Shown in pieces: positions 34,190-43,111 of a stretch of 64,000 bases of DNA. The DNA is from Candidatus Eiseniibacteriota bacterium (lineage in GTDB: Bacteria > Eisenbacteria > RBG-16-71-46 > CAVPCR01): NCBI GenBank assembly GCA_963823555.1, contig CAWGMA010000001.1, forward strand, positions 928,001 to 992,000, given 5' to 3'. The notes below the pieces were generated by a model that was given only the letters and a program-made list of their open reading frames with translations, searched no databases and had not been told where the DNA came from. The translations under genes were made by a program, and so were the position numbers. Positions within the stretch are counted from its first letter, which is position 1, and the number at the start of each line of letters is the position of its first letter.

Positions 34190-36417
34190 ATGACCGGTCG
34201 GGGGACTCGACGCTCATGTCGGCCATCGCCCAGGGCTTCGCCGCGTTGCCGGTCGAGCCACCCGTACGCGTGGCGGCGAGCGAGAACCTCGCGCGCTGGC
34301 TCACGGGCCCGGAGTTCGAGGCCTATCGGCCTCTCCTCGACGAGCTCATCGCGACGGGGGCCTTTCCACTGCTCCTCGATTCCTTCTACCAGGTGCTGCC
34401 CTTCGGCACCGGGGGGCGCCGCGGCCCGGTCGGTCCGGGCCCCAACCGCTTCAACCCCTGGACGCTCGCCACCTCGGTGGCCGGCCACCTCGAGTTCCTG
34501 CGCGAGCGGTTCGGCCCCAGCGGGCTCCGGGTCGTGATCGGCTATGACTCGCGCCAGTTCCACGATCTGCGCGGCCTCTATCCCGCCGATCGCCTGGGTC
34601 CGCTGGCGGGCGTGAGCTCGCGCTCCTTCGCCGAGCTTGCGGCCCGCGTCTACACGGCCGCTGGCGTCGAGGTCTTCCTGAGCGAACGCATCATGGCCAC
34701 GCCGGAGCTCTCGTTCGCCATCCGCCAGCTCGAAGCGCATGGCGGGCTGGTGATCTCGGCGTCCCACAACCCGCCCGACGATAACGGCGGCAAGTTCTAC
34801 GACCACCGCGGGGGCCAGGAGATCCCCCCCGAGGACCAGGCCATGGTGGATCGCGTGGCCGGCGTGACGCGAGTCGATGCCAGCGGTGACGGGCGGCTCT
34901 TGAAGGCCATTCCCACGGGCGTTCACCGGGCCTACATCGAGCTCAACCTGGGGCTCAGCACCCGGCGCGAACGCGGCGGGGCCAAGGTGGTCTACACGCC
35001 ACTCCACGGCACCGGGACGACCACCGTCGGTGAAGTGCTGGCCGCGGCCGGATTCCCGCCCACGTACCCTGCGGGTCAAGCCGAGCCGGACGGTCGCTTC
35101 CCGACCGTGCCCTTCGGTGTGGCCAATCCCGAGGTGCCGGAATCGATGCAGCTTGCGCTCGATGAGGCGCGTCGGATCGGAGCCGATCTCGTGCTCGCCA
35201 CCGATCCCGATGCCGACCGCATCGGCGCCATCGTCAAGGCTGGAGAAGGGGAGTATCGCTTCCTCACCGGGAACGAGATCTGCGCTCTCGTCGTCAACGA
35301 GGCCCTCGCCGGACGGAAGTCCCTCGGGACGCTGCCCGCGCGCCCGATCGTCATGAAGACCGAGGTCACGTCGGATCTCGTGGCCCGGGTCGCACGCGCC
35401 CATGGGGCCGCCGTGATCGAGGACCTCCTCGTCGGCTTCAAGTACGTCGCGGCAGTCCTCGATCAGCTCGAGCGCCACGGGCAATACCGTGATGTGAAGG
35501 GCCGGCCCAGCGATTTCGTGGTCGCGGTCGAGGAGTCGCATGGCGTCCTCTTGACGAGCGAGATCCGGGACAAGGACGCCGCCGGCCCCGCGCTCGTGCT
35601 CGCTGAGATGGCGGCCCGCGTGCGCGCCGAGGGGCGTACCGTTCCCGACCTTCTCGACGACTTGCACCGTCGCCATGGGGTCGTTGCCAACCGTCTGACC
35701 TCGATGGTGATGCGCGGAGCGGCCGGGCAGGCGGCGATCGAGCGCATCCAGGCCGGGTTGCGGCAGAATCCGCCGGTTGCGATCGGTGGCGTCGCGGTGC
35801 GCCGGTTCATCGACCACTGGGATGAGGCTCCGGGCTCGCGGTTCGGTCCGATCGTGTCCGCGACCGACCGCGCCTCGCGCAACGTCCTCGTCTTCCATCT
35901 CGAGGGCGGCTCGCGGGTGGTGATTCGCCCGTCGGGCACCGAGCCCAAGAACAAGACCTACATCGAGGCGGCGAGTCCGCCGCTCGATCCTGGCACCGAT
36001 CTCGCCGCCGAGCGCGATCGGGTGATGGCCCGCGCCCGAGCTCTCGAAGAGGCTTTCGTGGCCCATTGTCTCGAGCTCATCGGGATCCGCCTCCCCACGT
36101 GGGCGCTCAAGATCTCGGGCCTCGTCGCCCTCGACGAGAAGGTCGACTTTGCCGAGCGCTTCGTGCGCGAGTACGAGGAGAAGGCGGCACGGCTCACCGG
36201 CGGGGGAGGGTCCGGAGCGGTTCCCCCGGAAGAGGTGGCCACGCTCGGGCGGTGGATCGATGGGCGGCTCAAGGCCTATGGCAAGGACCCGCGCCTCCTC
36301 GTGGCCGAGGCCTTGCGCGCCTACGTCGCAGCCGAGATCGAGCGCTCTCGGGCCGGCGGCGACCACGCGCGAGTTCGAGTGCTCGAGCTCATGGCTCGAG
36401 CGTTCGCCGCCGCCTGA
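34190..36417 (+). CDS. Phosphoglucomutase/phosphomannomutase (phospho-sugar mutase) with C-terminal extension
   Basis: FGTGGRRG, ISASHNP, DPDADR, EESHG, RPSGTEPK. In-frame ATG at 34216; the RBS-linked ATG at 34190 joins the frame if one G is added to the G5 run at 34200-34204. Confidence 0.9.
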
Positions 36418-36467
36418 AGTTCACTCCGCGGGCGCTCGATGGCGGCGCTTGCGGGCGAGGGGGGAGT

Positions 36468-37481
36468 GTGGCCCGGACGATTCTGGTCTCGGATGGCGGT
36501 CTCGGCATCGCCCGCGACATCGAGGATGCCGCGCTCGCGAACGTCCTGGCCGAGCCGCCGCCGGGGACCAAGCCCGCCGTCATCTGGGTGGACCTCGCCG
36601 AGCCGACCCCGGAGGACTACGCCTGGCTGTCGCGGCACTTCCATTTCCATCAGCTCGCCATCGAAGACTGTCAGCACGGCGTGCAACGGCCCAAGGTCGA
36701 GGAGTACGATGACTACCTGTTCTTCGTCTTTCATGCCATCACCGGACTCGGTGGTGGGGAGGATGAGAGGCGGGACGAGGATCTCGACTTCATCGAGCTC
36801 GATGGTTTTCTCGGCGAACGCTACCTGGTCACGGTTCACACCGAGCCGTTTCCGCTCCTCGACCAGTTTCGTGCGCGCATCCTGAGCAATCCCGCCTTGC
36901 TGGCGCGCGGAGCCGACGATCTCTTTCATGCCATTCTGGACGCGGCCGTCGATCTCTACTTCCCGCTCCTCGATCTCCTGGATGATCGACTCGACCGGCT
37001 GGAGGAAGAGCTCTTCAGCGGAGCCACGGCACGGACCCTCGAGGAGATCTTCGGCCTGAAGAAGCTCATCCTACGCTTGCGCCGGTTCGCCAATCCGCAG
37101 CGGGATACGCTGTCACTGTTCGTCCACCACGAGTATGCGGTCGTCGACGAACGCACCCGCTACTACCTGCGGGATGTCTTCGATCACCTCAATCGAATCA
37201 ACGATACCCTCGATGCCTACCGGGATCTGATCGCCGGCGCTGCAGACACCTATATCTCCCTCGTCTCCCAGCGCACCAACGATGCGGTCAAGGTTCTGAG
37301 CATCTTTGCCACCATCATGCTCCCGCTGGGCTTGATCGCCGGACTCTACGGCACCAACTTCAGGAATCTCCCCGGGGCGGGAGCCGAATACGGCTTTCTC
37401 ATCATGCTCGGGGGGATGGTCCTCATGTCCCTGGTCTTGCTCGGCATCTTCTGGCGGCGCGGGTGGTTCAGGCGGGGCTGA
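36468..37481 (+). CDS. corA: CorA-family divalent cation transporter (GTN signature)
   Basis: FHFHQLAIEDC, QRPKVEEYDDY, RDVFDHL, two C-terminal TMs with YGTNF. Confidence 0.9.
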   Translation: MARTILVSDGGLGIARDIEDAALANVLAEPPPGTKPAVIWVDLAEPTPEDYAWLSRHFHFHQLAIEDCQHGVQRPKVEEYDDYLFFVFHAITGLGGGEDERRDEDLDFIELDGFLGERYLVTVHTEPFPLLDQFRARILSNPALLARGADDLFHAILDAAVDLYFPLLDLLDDRLDRLEEELFSGATARTLEEIFGLKKLILRLRRFANPQRDTLSLFVHHEYAVVDERTRYYLRDVFDHLNRINDTLDAYRDLIAGAADTYISLVSQRTNDAVKVLSIFATIMLPLGLIAGLYGTNFRNLPGAGAEYGFLIMLGGMVLMSLVLLGIFWRRGWFRRG

Positions 37482-37609
37482 GGGCGGCCCGGTGGGGAAG
37501 CCCCGGGCCGCGGTGGGGGGCAGGCCCGCCATCGGGCCGGGAGATGGCCGCCGGGACCGGAACGAGCCATTGGACCGGGAACTCGCCGCCGAGTTCCGTT
37601 CATTCTTCC

Positions 37610-37638
37610 TTGACCCGATGCCGGCCGAGATTCATGAT
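37610..37638 (+). promoter_or_regulatory. Candidate sigma70 promoter (distal) upstream of the envelope cluster
   Basis: TTGACC, 17 nt, CATGAT. Confidence 0.45.
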
Positions 37639-37863
37639 TCGAGGCCAGTTTCGCCGGAGCGCTGGTGGTTGTATCGTCGGCGCCAGCGGTCCCTTAGCAC
37701 CCCGGGCTCCCTCGCGGCCGTGAGGCCGGGGTGAGCCAAGGATCCGAGGATGGGTGGGGCGGGCGTGACCGTCGTGATCCGGCACGGATTCCCCCTTTGG
37801 CGGCGTTCGCACATGGCTGGGCCCTGGCCGCAGGAATCGCCCCCGCCGGCGGCTCCCCGGGCC

Positions 37864-37892
37864 TTGACGCATCGACTGCAAGTCAATAGATT
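37864..37892 (+). promoter_or_regulatory. Candidate sigma70 promoter (proximal) with overlapping inverted repeat
   Basis: TTGACG, 17 nt, TAGATT; TTGAC-N13-GTCAA dyad spanning -35 and spacer. Confidence 0.6.
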
Positions 37893-37944
37893 AGCGGTCT
37901 TTGTGTGTCATGCTGGGTGGCCAGGCCACCTGGTTGGAGGCTCG

Positions 37945-39231
37945 ATGCCGGTGTCATTTCCTCGAGTGGCAGGCGTCCAGGCGCCGCGCCGTCGGTCAAC
38001 CTCGCGGTTCGTGATCGGCTCCCACCTCGTATCGTCCGGTTGGTTCTTCGCTCTCGCTCTCGCCCTCGCTGCCGGTCCGGGCTGCAGCCTCGACGAGGGT
38101 CCGCAGAACCCGTCCTTTGTCGAAGTCATCCCCGTGACGAACGACGTCACCATCCCGGGCGGGGATATCGTGCCGCGCCGCTGGCTGATCGATGGCGTGG
38201 CGACCGATCCCGAGTGGAGTGAGGTCCCCTACACCTACATCTCAGTCGGTCCGGAGAACGGCAATCAGGGCGGCAGCTTCATCGTGGCCATGAAGGCGAC
38301 GCATGACTCGGAGCGCCTCTTCATGCTCCTTCAGTGGCCGGACGCCACCCAGGACCGCCTGGGGCCGCGACTGGCATGGAATCCGGAGCGCAATCTCACG
38401 CCCAGCGGCTGCGATACGCTGCTCCTCGGCTGTTCCTGGGATCTGATCGAGGCGGACGAGGATCGCGTGGCCGTGATGTGGGATATGGGTGATGCGCGCG
38501 ACAATGCCGGCACGTTCCAGGAGCGTGGGTGCCAGGTGGCCTGTCACGGCAACATGCATCCGATCAGCGGATCGGTCGACATCTGGCAGTGGCGGGCGGC
38601 GCGCACCAACCCGCTCAACTTCCCCTTGTCGGGGAGCTTTCGTGTCGGCTTCGCCGACGACGGATTTGCGAACGGCGCCGGTCGCGTCGATGATCCAGGC
38701 CTCAGCTTCTATCGCGACAACTACCGGTTCGTGCCCTGCGGGGATGGCTCGGAGCAGGCGGTTCCTCTCAAGCTCCCCGTCGCCCTCGATGCGAATCAAC
38801 AGCCCACGACTCGGATCAACGACAACATGCGGCCCTGTGAGTACATCTATGATCCGACGGGTTCCGCTCTCACGTGTAACTCGCGGGCGAATCCCTGCCG
38901 GCAGTTCGAGCAGGTGGATGTCCTTGAGTGGGTGGCGGGGGACGATCTCTCGGCAATGCTCCTGAACCGCCCGGTCAACAACGAGGCCCGTCGTAGCCGG
39001 CACGATGTCGAGGCGCGGGGGCGCTGGGAGGAGGTCGTGAGTCCTGGTGGTGACCAGCGCAAGGGGACCTGGACTCTCGAGATGAGCCGGATCCTGAGCG
39101 TCGGCAATGCCGAGGACATCCAGTTCGACCCGCAGCGCCAAGAGCCCTATTACCTGGCGATCGCGTTCATGAACAACAGCGGCCGGATCCACTCCGGAAC
39201 GCCGGTAGTCGAGCTTCGCTTTCAGCAATGA
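37945..39231 (+). CDS. Ethylbenzene-dehydrogenase-gamma-like (EB_dh/DOMON heme-binding) lipoprotein with a CxxxCH motif
   Basis: Lipobox AGPGC; IDG..DPEW, LFMLLQWPD, EDRVAVMW, GCQVACH, DIWQWRAART, GFADD, GTWTLEMSR, DIQFD. Confidence 0.75.
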   Translation: MPVSFPRVAGVQAPRRRSTSRFVIGSHLVSSGWFFALALALAAGPGCSLDEGPQNPSFVEVIPVTNDVTIPGGDIVPRRWLIDGVATDPEWSEVPYTYISVGPENGNQGGSFIVAMKATHDSERLFMLLQWPDATQDRLGPRLAWNPERNLTPSGCDTLLLGCSWDLIEADEDRVAVMWDMGDARDNAGTFQERGCQVACHGNMHPISGSVDIWQWRAARTNPLNFPLSGSFRVGFADDGFANGAGRVDDPGLSFYRDNYRFVPCGDGSEQAVPLKLPVALDANQQPTTRINDNMRPCEYIYDPTGSALTCNSRANPCRQFEQVDVLEWVAGDDLSAMLLNRPVNNEARRSRHDVEARGRWEEVVSPGGDQRKGTWTLEMSRILSVGNAEDIQFDPQRQEPYYLAIAFMNNSGRIHSGTPVVELRFQQ

Positions 39232-39232
39232 C

Positions 39233-39769
39233 GTGATGAAGACGAGGATGGTGCTCATGACAAGACCGTTGGGGATGACGAGACGCCCGATCACGCGAGC
39301 TCTGCTCCTCCTCCTCGCCGTGGTGGCGCTCGCGGCCACCGGGTGCACCAAGCGCGTGGCGGTGAGCACGTCTGACGTCAACATCGCCGACGGCCGCGAG
39401 TTCGAGGTCCAGTTCAAGGGCGATCGGGTCGTCAGCGGCCGTTTCGTGAGCGGCTCCGAGGTTCGATTCGAACAGGGTGACAGCCTGTTCACGGCGGAAG
39501 TCGGCGAAGTGACCGATGAGTTCATCGGCCTCTCCAGTCCCGAGCTGGTGGTCGAGTCGGGGCGCGGCGGCGACTGGACCGATCTCAGGCTGGCCGCAGA
39601 AGATGCGCATTCCGTTGTCGAGCGGCCCCAGGTCGGCAATGCCCTGCTCGCCCGGGACGAAGTGGAATCCGTTTCGCTGATCACCATCGATCGCCGCCGC
39701 AGCGTCGTGGAGACCGTGTTCTGGGCTGGGCTCATCCTGGCGGTCGGCTTGGCTGCCACGGCGGAATAG
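39233..39769 (+). CDS. Hypothetical lipoprotein with C-terminal TM segment
   Basis: LLLLLAVVALAATGC lipobox (likely start ATG 39275); C-terminal VFWAGLILAVGLAA. Confidence 0.7.
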   Translation: MMKTRMVLMTRPLGMTRRPITRALLLLLAVVALAATGCTKRVAVSTSDVNIADGREFEVQFKGDRVVSGRFVSGSEVRFEQGDSLFTAEVGEVTDEFIGLSSPELVVESGRGGDWTDLRLAAEDAHSVVERPQVGNALLARDEVESVSLITIDRRRSVVETVFWAGLILAVGLAATAE

Positions 39770-39796
39770 GAGACGGGTCGAATGGGGGAGGGACTC

Positions 39797-41236
39797 ATGC
39801 GCAGGCTTCTGGCCAGTCGCTTCGCCAGCCGGGCAGGTCGCTTGCTGGTGACCATCGTGCAGGTCCTGGCCATCGCCGCCGCCGCGGGACCACGGCCGGC
39901 AGCCGCGGAAGAAGGACCGGATCTGGCGATCGTCGGTGCGCGCGCCCGCGGCATGGGTAGCGCTTACACAGCGGTCAGCGATGGGATCGAATCGGTGGGC
40001 TGGAATCCGGCCGGGCTTGCTTTCATCCGCGGGCCCCGCCTCGCGGCCGACATGAGGCTCCACTTCGGTAGCGGCACGGTCACGCAGGGCATCCCGATCT
40101 TCAGCGGTGGCGGCGCCCCGGCTCCCGTCGACAACTTCACCGACACTCCGTCCAGCCGGTTCACCTACTACCTGATCGGTGGTGCGGCTCCCCTTCCGAT
40201 CAAGGGATGGGTGGAGGATTACGGGCTTGTCGGGTCCCTCGTCTACCGCCGCGTCATGGATCGGTTCATCGGCCGGGAGCAGCTGATCGAGTTCGATCCC
40301 GGCGGCGGGTTCACGATTCCCTTCGAGCACATCGTCGATGAACAGGGCGGTATCGACGCCTGGACGCTGTCGCTGGCCGGTCGCGCCCATGAGCTGGTGG
40401 CGCTGGGCTTCAACCTCAACTTCCTCACGAACACCTACTCCGCTACGGACGAGCAGGTCGTGGCCTTCCAGGGGCAGGAGTTCTACCGGGCCGAGACCCA
40501 GCAGCGCTCGGATTTCGGAGGCTTTTCCTTCGAGCTCGGGGCCACGATCGAGCCCATGACCGATCTCAAGCTGGCCGGCGTGATGCGCCCGAGTTACGAC
40601 TTGAAGCAGACGAACGGGCGCGGGCGGGTCCGACTGGAGGTCGCACCCGGAGCGGGCGTTCCAGAGGCTGATACGCTGATCCAGTACGAGGTGCCCGATA
40701 TCACGAGCGACGTGCCGTTCATGTACGGGATCGGCGCCGCCTACCGGCTGTCGACATCCCCGCTGAGCGGTCTCCTGATCGCGGCGGACTACCAGTATCG
40801 CCCCTGGAACGAGATGAAATCGGTCGCGGACACGGAACAGGGCCCCGTGGAGCTGGAAACCTTCAGCTATCCGACTCATACGGTCAGTGTCGGCGGCGAG
40901 TATGTCTTCAATCGCGACAGTGACGTCCAGGTGCCGCTTCGCCTTGGTTTCCACAGCGCGCCAAGCGTGCAGGCCAACGTGGACAGCCTGAGCACTGAAA
41001 TCGGCGCCGATGGTTATCGCAATTTCCGGGGGAGTCGCGTCGAAGGCAATACTTGGGCGTTCGGCGCCGGGATCCACTTCCCGAGCGTCGCCTTCGATGT
41101 TTCGCTCGACTTCACGAAGCACACCTTCTCCGAGTTCCTGTTCGGGAACGCGCCCCCGCCCGGGGTGCAGCTCGACATCGTGGAGCTCGAGGAGACCATG
41201 ACCAATCTCTACTTCTCTTCCACGCTCCGCTTCTGA
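39797..41236 (+). CDS. FadL/OmpP1/PorV-superfamily outer-membrane beta-barrel
   Basis: Signal peptide; GARARGMGSAYTAVSDGIESVGWNPAGLA hatch motif; amphipathic strands; C-terminal Phe. Confidence 0.82.
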   Translation: MRRLLASRFASRAGRLLVTIVQVLAIAAAAGPRPAAAEEGPDLAIVGARARGMGSAYTAVSDGIESVGWNPAGLAFIRGPRLAADMRLHFGSGTVTQGIPIFSGGGAPAPVDNFTDTPSSRFTYYLIGGAAPLPIKGWVEDYGLVGSLVYRRVMDRFIGREQLIEFDPGGGFTIPFEHIVDEQGGIDAWTLSLAGRAHELVALGFNLNFLTNTYSATDEQVVAFQGQEFYRAETQQRSDFGGFSFELGATIEPMTDLKLAGVMRPSYDLKQTNGRGRVRLEVAPGAGVPEADTLIQYEVPDITSDVPFMYGIGAAYRLSTSPLSGLLIAADYQYRPWNEMKSVADTEQGPVELETFSYPTHTVSVGGEYVFNRDSDVQVPLRLGFHSAPSVQANVDSLSTEIGADGYRNFRGSRVEGNTWAFGAGIHFPSVAFDVSLDFTKHTFSEFLFGNAPPPGVQLDIVELEETMTNLYFSSTLRF

Positions 41237-41261
41237 CCCGGGGCGACGCGACGAGGGTGCG

Positions 41262-42875
41262 GTGATACCTGAAACCTCAGCTCCAAGCGGGCGCGGCAGG
41301 CGGCCACTCGGGCCTTCCGTGGTCCTGGGTCTGGTCGGGCTCTGGCTCTTGCTCGCAGCCAGCGCTTCCCGGGCTCAGATCATCGAGGCCTGGTCCCTGG
41401 GCTCGGGATTCGATCCCCGGCCGAGTCTCCCCCAAGCTCGTCTCGAGGCCATGGGTGGCATGAAGGTGGCTGTTCCCGACGAGAACAACGAGGTCAACCT
41501 CCTCGATTTCGCCGGGAACCTCGTCGGGCATATCGACGACAAGCCGACGAGCCACGTCGATGCCTTCGGTGGGTGGCGCGGGTGGGTCGATCGCACGACG
41601 CCCGAGGACCCGGACCAGGACTTTCGCTACTACCCGACGGGCTTTCTCGCCAACGCGATCCCCAACCCACGCTACGCGCTGGGGGGATCCATGGCCTACA
41701 CGAGCTCGACCGCCGAGCGGCTGGTGTCGAACGAGTTCCTGCGCACCTTCGGGATGCCGGTCGTGAACCCGGAGTCGGGAAGCAGTCTCGATTCGGAGAT
41801 CGGATCCAAGATGTCCGGAGGGGACTTCGCGATCCACTACGCCCGGCGGCTCGCGGACCGGTTCGCCTTCGGGTTGCTGGGTGGGTATTCGCTCCAGGAT
41901 GAGCAACGGACCTCTCCGAACGTCTACCTTATCGACCACAAATCGCATGTCTGGTCGGTCAAGGGCAGCCTGGCTGGCCGCCTGTTCGAGGAGGCTGGAC
42001 CGTTTCAGAATTGGTCGCTGGGTGCCAATGGTCTCCTGGCCAGCACCCGGATCGATGGCCGCTCCGCCGATGACCTGCACACCGACGATTACGCCTGGGA
42101 CCGGAACAACGTAGGGTTCAACATCCACCTGCTGGGCCACACGCTCGAGTGGATCAAGGGCGGGCTCGATTTCCGTTATGGATCCTTCGAGGGCCTGGAG
42201 AGCGCCCAGTACAACTGGTCCTCGCAGTTCTCCCTGAACCCGACGAGTGAGACCATCTTGTTGGAGCGCAGCGTCTTCGACGAGGGGTTCCGGAGCAAGA
42301 GCTTCCTGACTCGCTGGGAAGGGCAGCCGCCGGGAATCCCGGCCTCGTTCGGGCTGGGGTTCCGAACCGGGCAGAGCGAATACTGGGTGCTCCCGGGAAC
42401 CAACGTGAATTCGTTCGTGACGGCGCGGAACCAGCGGATCACCGACTGGGAGCTCTCGGGGGGCGGCAGCTATTTCCTGCCGAAGGGACGTGGCCTCTTG
42501 GCCGGAGAGATGGCCTGGGGATTCCTGGATCGGGACGAGAGCATCACCCCGCCGACACAGAGGGTGGGGGCTTCCATGTGGGCGCTGGGTGTCGGAGGGG
42601 AGTATACGGTGACGCTGCCCGTCGTGGCCCGCGCCGGATACAGGCTGACGCTCGAGGACCAGAACCGAGACAAGGCCAATCCGGAAGGCGAGTTCACGGC
42701 CCATCGTCTGGCCCTGGGTGCCGGCTATCGGACCCCGTCGGCCAGGATACTGATCGATTTCGCCTTCAACTACGAATGGAAGAGTTCGGGGGCGGAGGAG
42801 GCGGGGGTCGCGGACGAGGTGGTCGAGGACCAGGACCGCAAGTCCGTGACCTTGCAGCTGCGGACGCTGTTCTAG
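41262..42875 (+). CDS. Divergent outer-membrane beta-barrel (FadL-superfamily-like N-terminus)
   Basis: Signal peptide; ARLEAMGGMKVAVPD...AGNLVG resembles the hatch motif; alternating beta-strands; ends TLQLRTLF. Confidence 0.72.
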   Translation: MIPETSAPSGRGRRPLGPSVVLGLVGLWLLLAASASRAQIIEAWSLGSGFDPRPSLPQARLEAMGGMKVAVPDENNEVNLLDFAGNLVGHIDDKPTSHVDAFGGWRGWVDRTTPEDPDQDFRYYPTGFLANAIPNPRYALGGSMAYTSSTAERLVSNEFLRTFGMPVVNPESGSSLDSEIGSKMSGGDFAIHYARRLADRFAFGLLGGYSLQDEQRTSPNVYLIDHKSHVWSVKGSLAGRLFEEAGPFQNWSLGANGLLASTRIDGRSADDLHTDDYAWDRNNVGFNIHLLGHTLEWIKGGLDFRYGSFEGLESAQYNWSSQFSLNPTSETILLERSVFDEGFRSKSFLTRWEGQPPGIPASFGLGFRTGQSEYWVLPGTNVNSFVTARNQRITDWELSGGGSYFLPKGRGLLAGEMAWGFLDRDESITPPTQRVGASMWALGVGGEYTVTLPVVARAGYRLTLEDQNRDKANPEGEFTAHRLALGAGYRTPSARILIDFAFNYEWKSSGAEEAGVADEVVEDQDRKSVTLQLRTLF

Positions 42876-43111
42876 TCCGATCGGCGGGCGCAGGCCCGTC
42901 CGGACTGGGGCAGCACTGGCAAATGTCGCGAGAGGAGGCGGGTGTCGGTGGAAGCCGGCTCATGAGTGGGCAAGGGGTTTCATGGCCAGAACTTGACCGC
43001 TGAGTGATGAGACCCTTAGACTAGCCCCCGGCTGGCGTCCCCAACGACCCGTCCCCCCCCTTGCGGCATAGAAATCGAGCTTGCCCAAGGCAAGTGAGGA
43101 GCTTGTTCGCC

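Noticed and set aside
37694..37720. TTAGCAC as a CIRCE half-site
   Set aside because: The matching GAGTGCTAA arm is absent.
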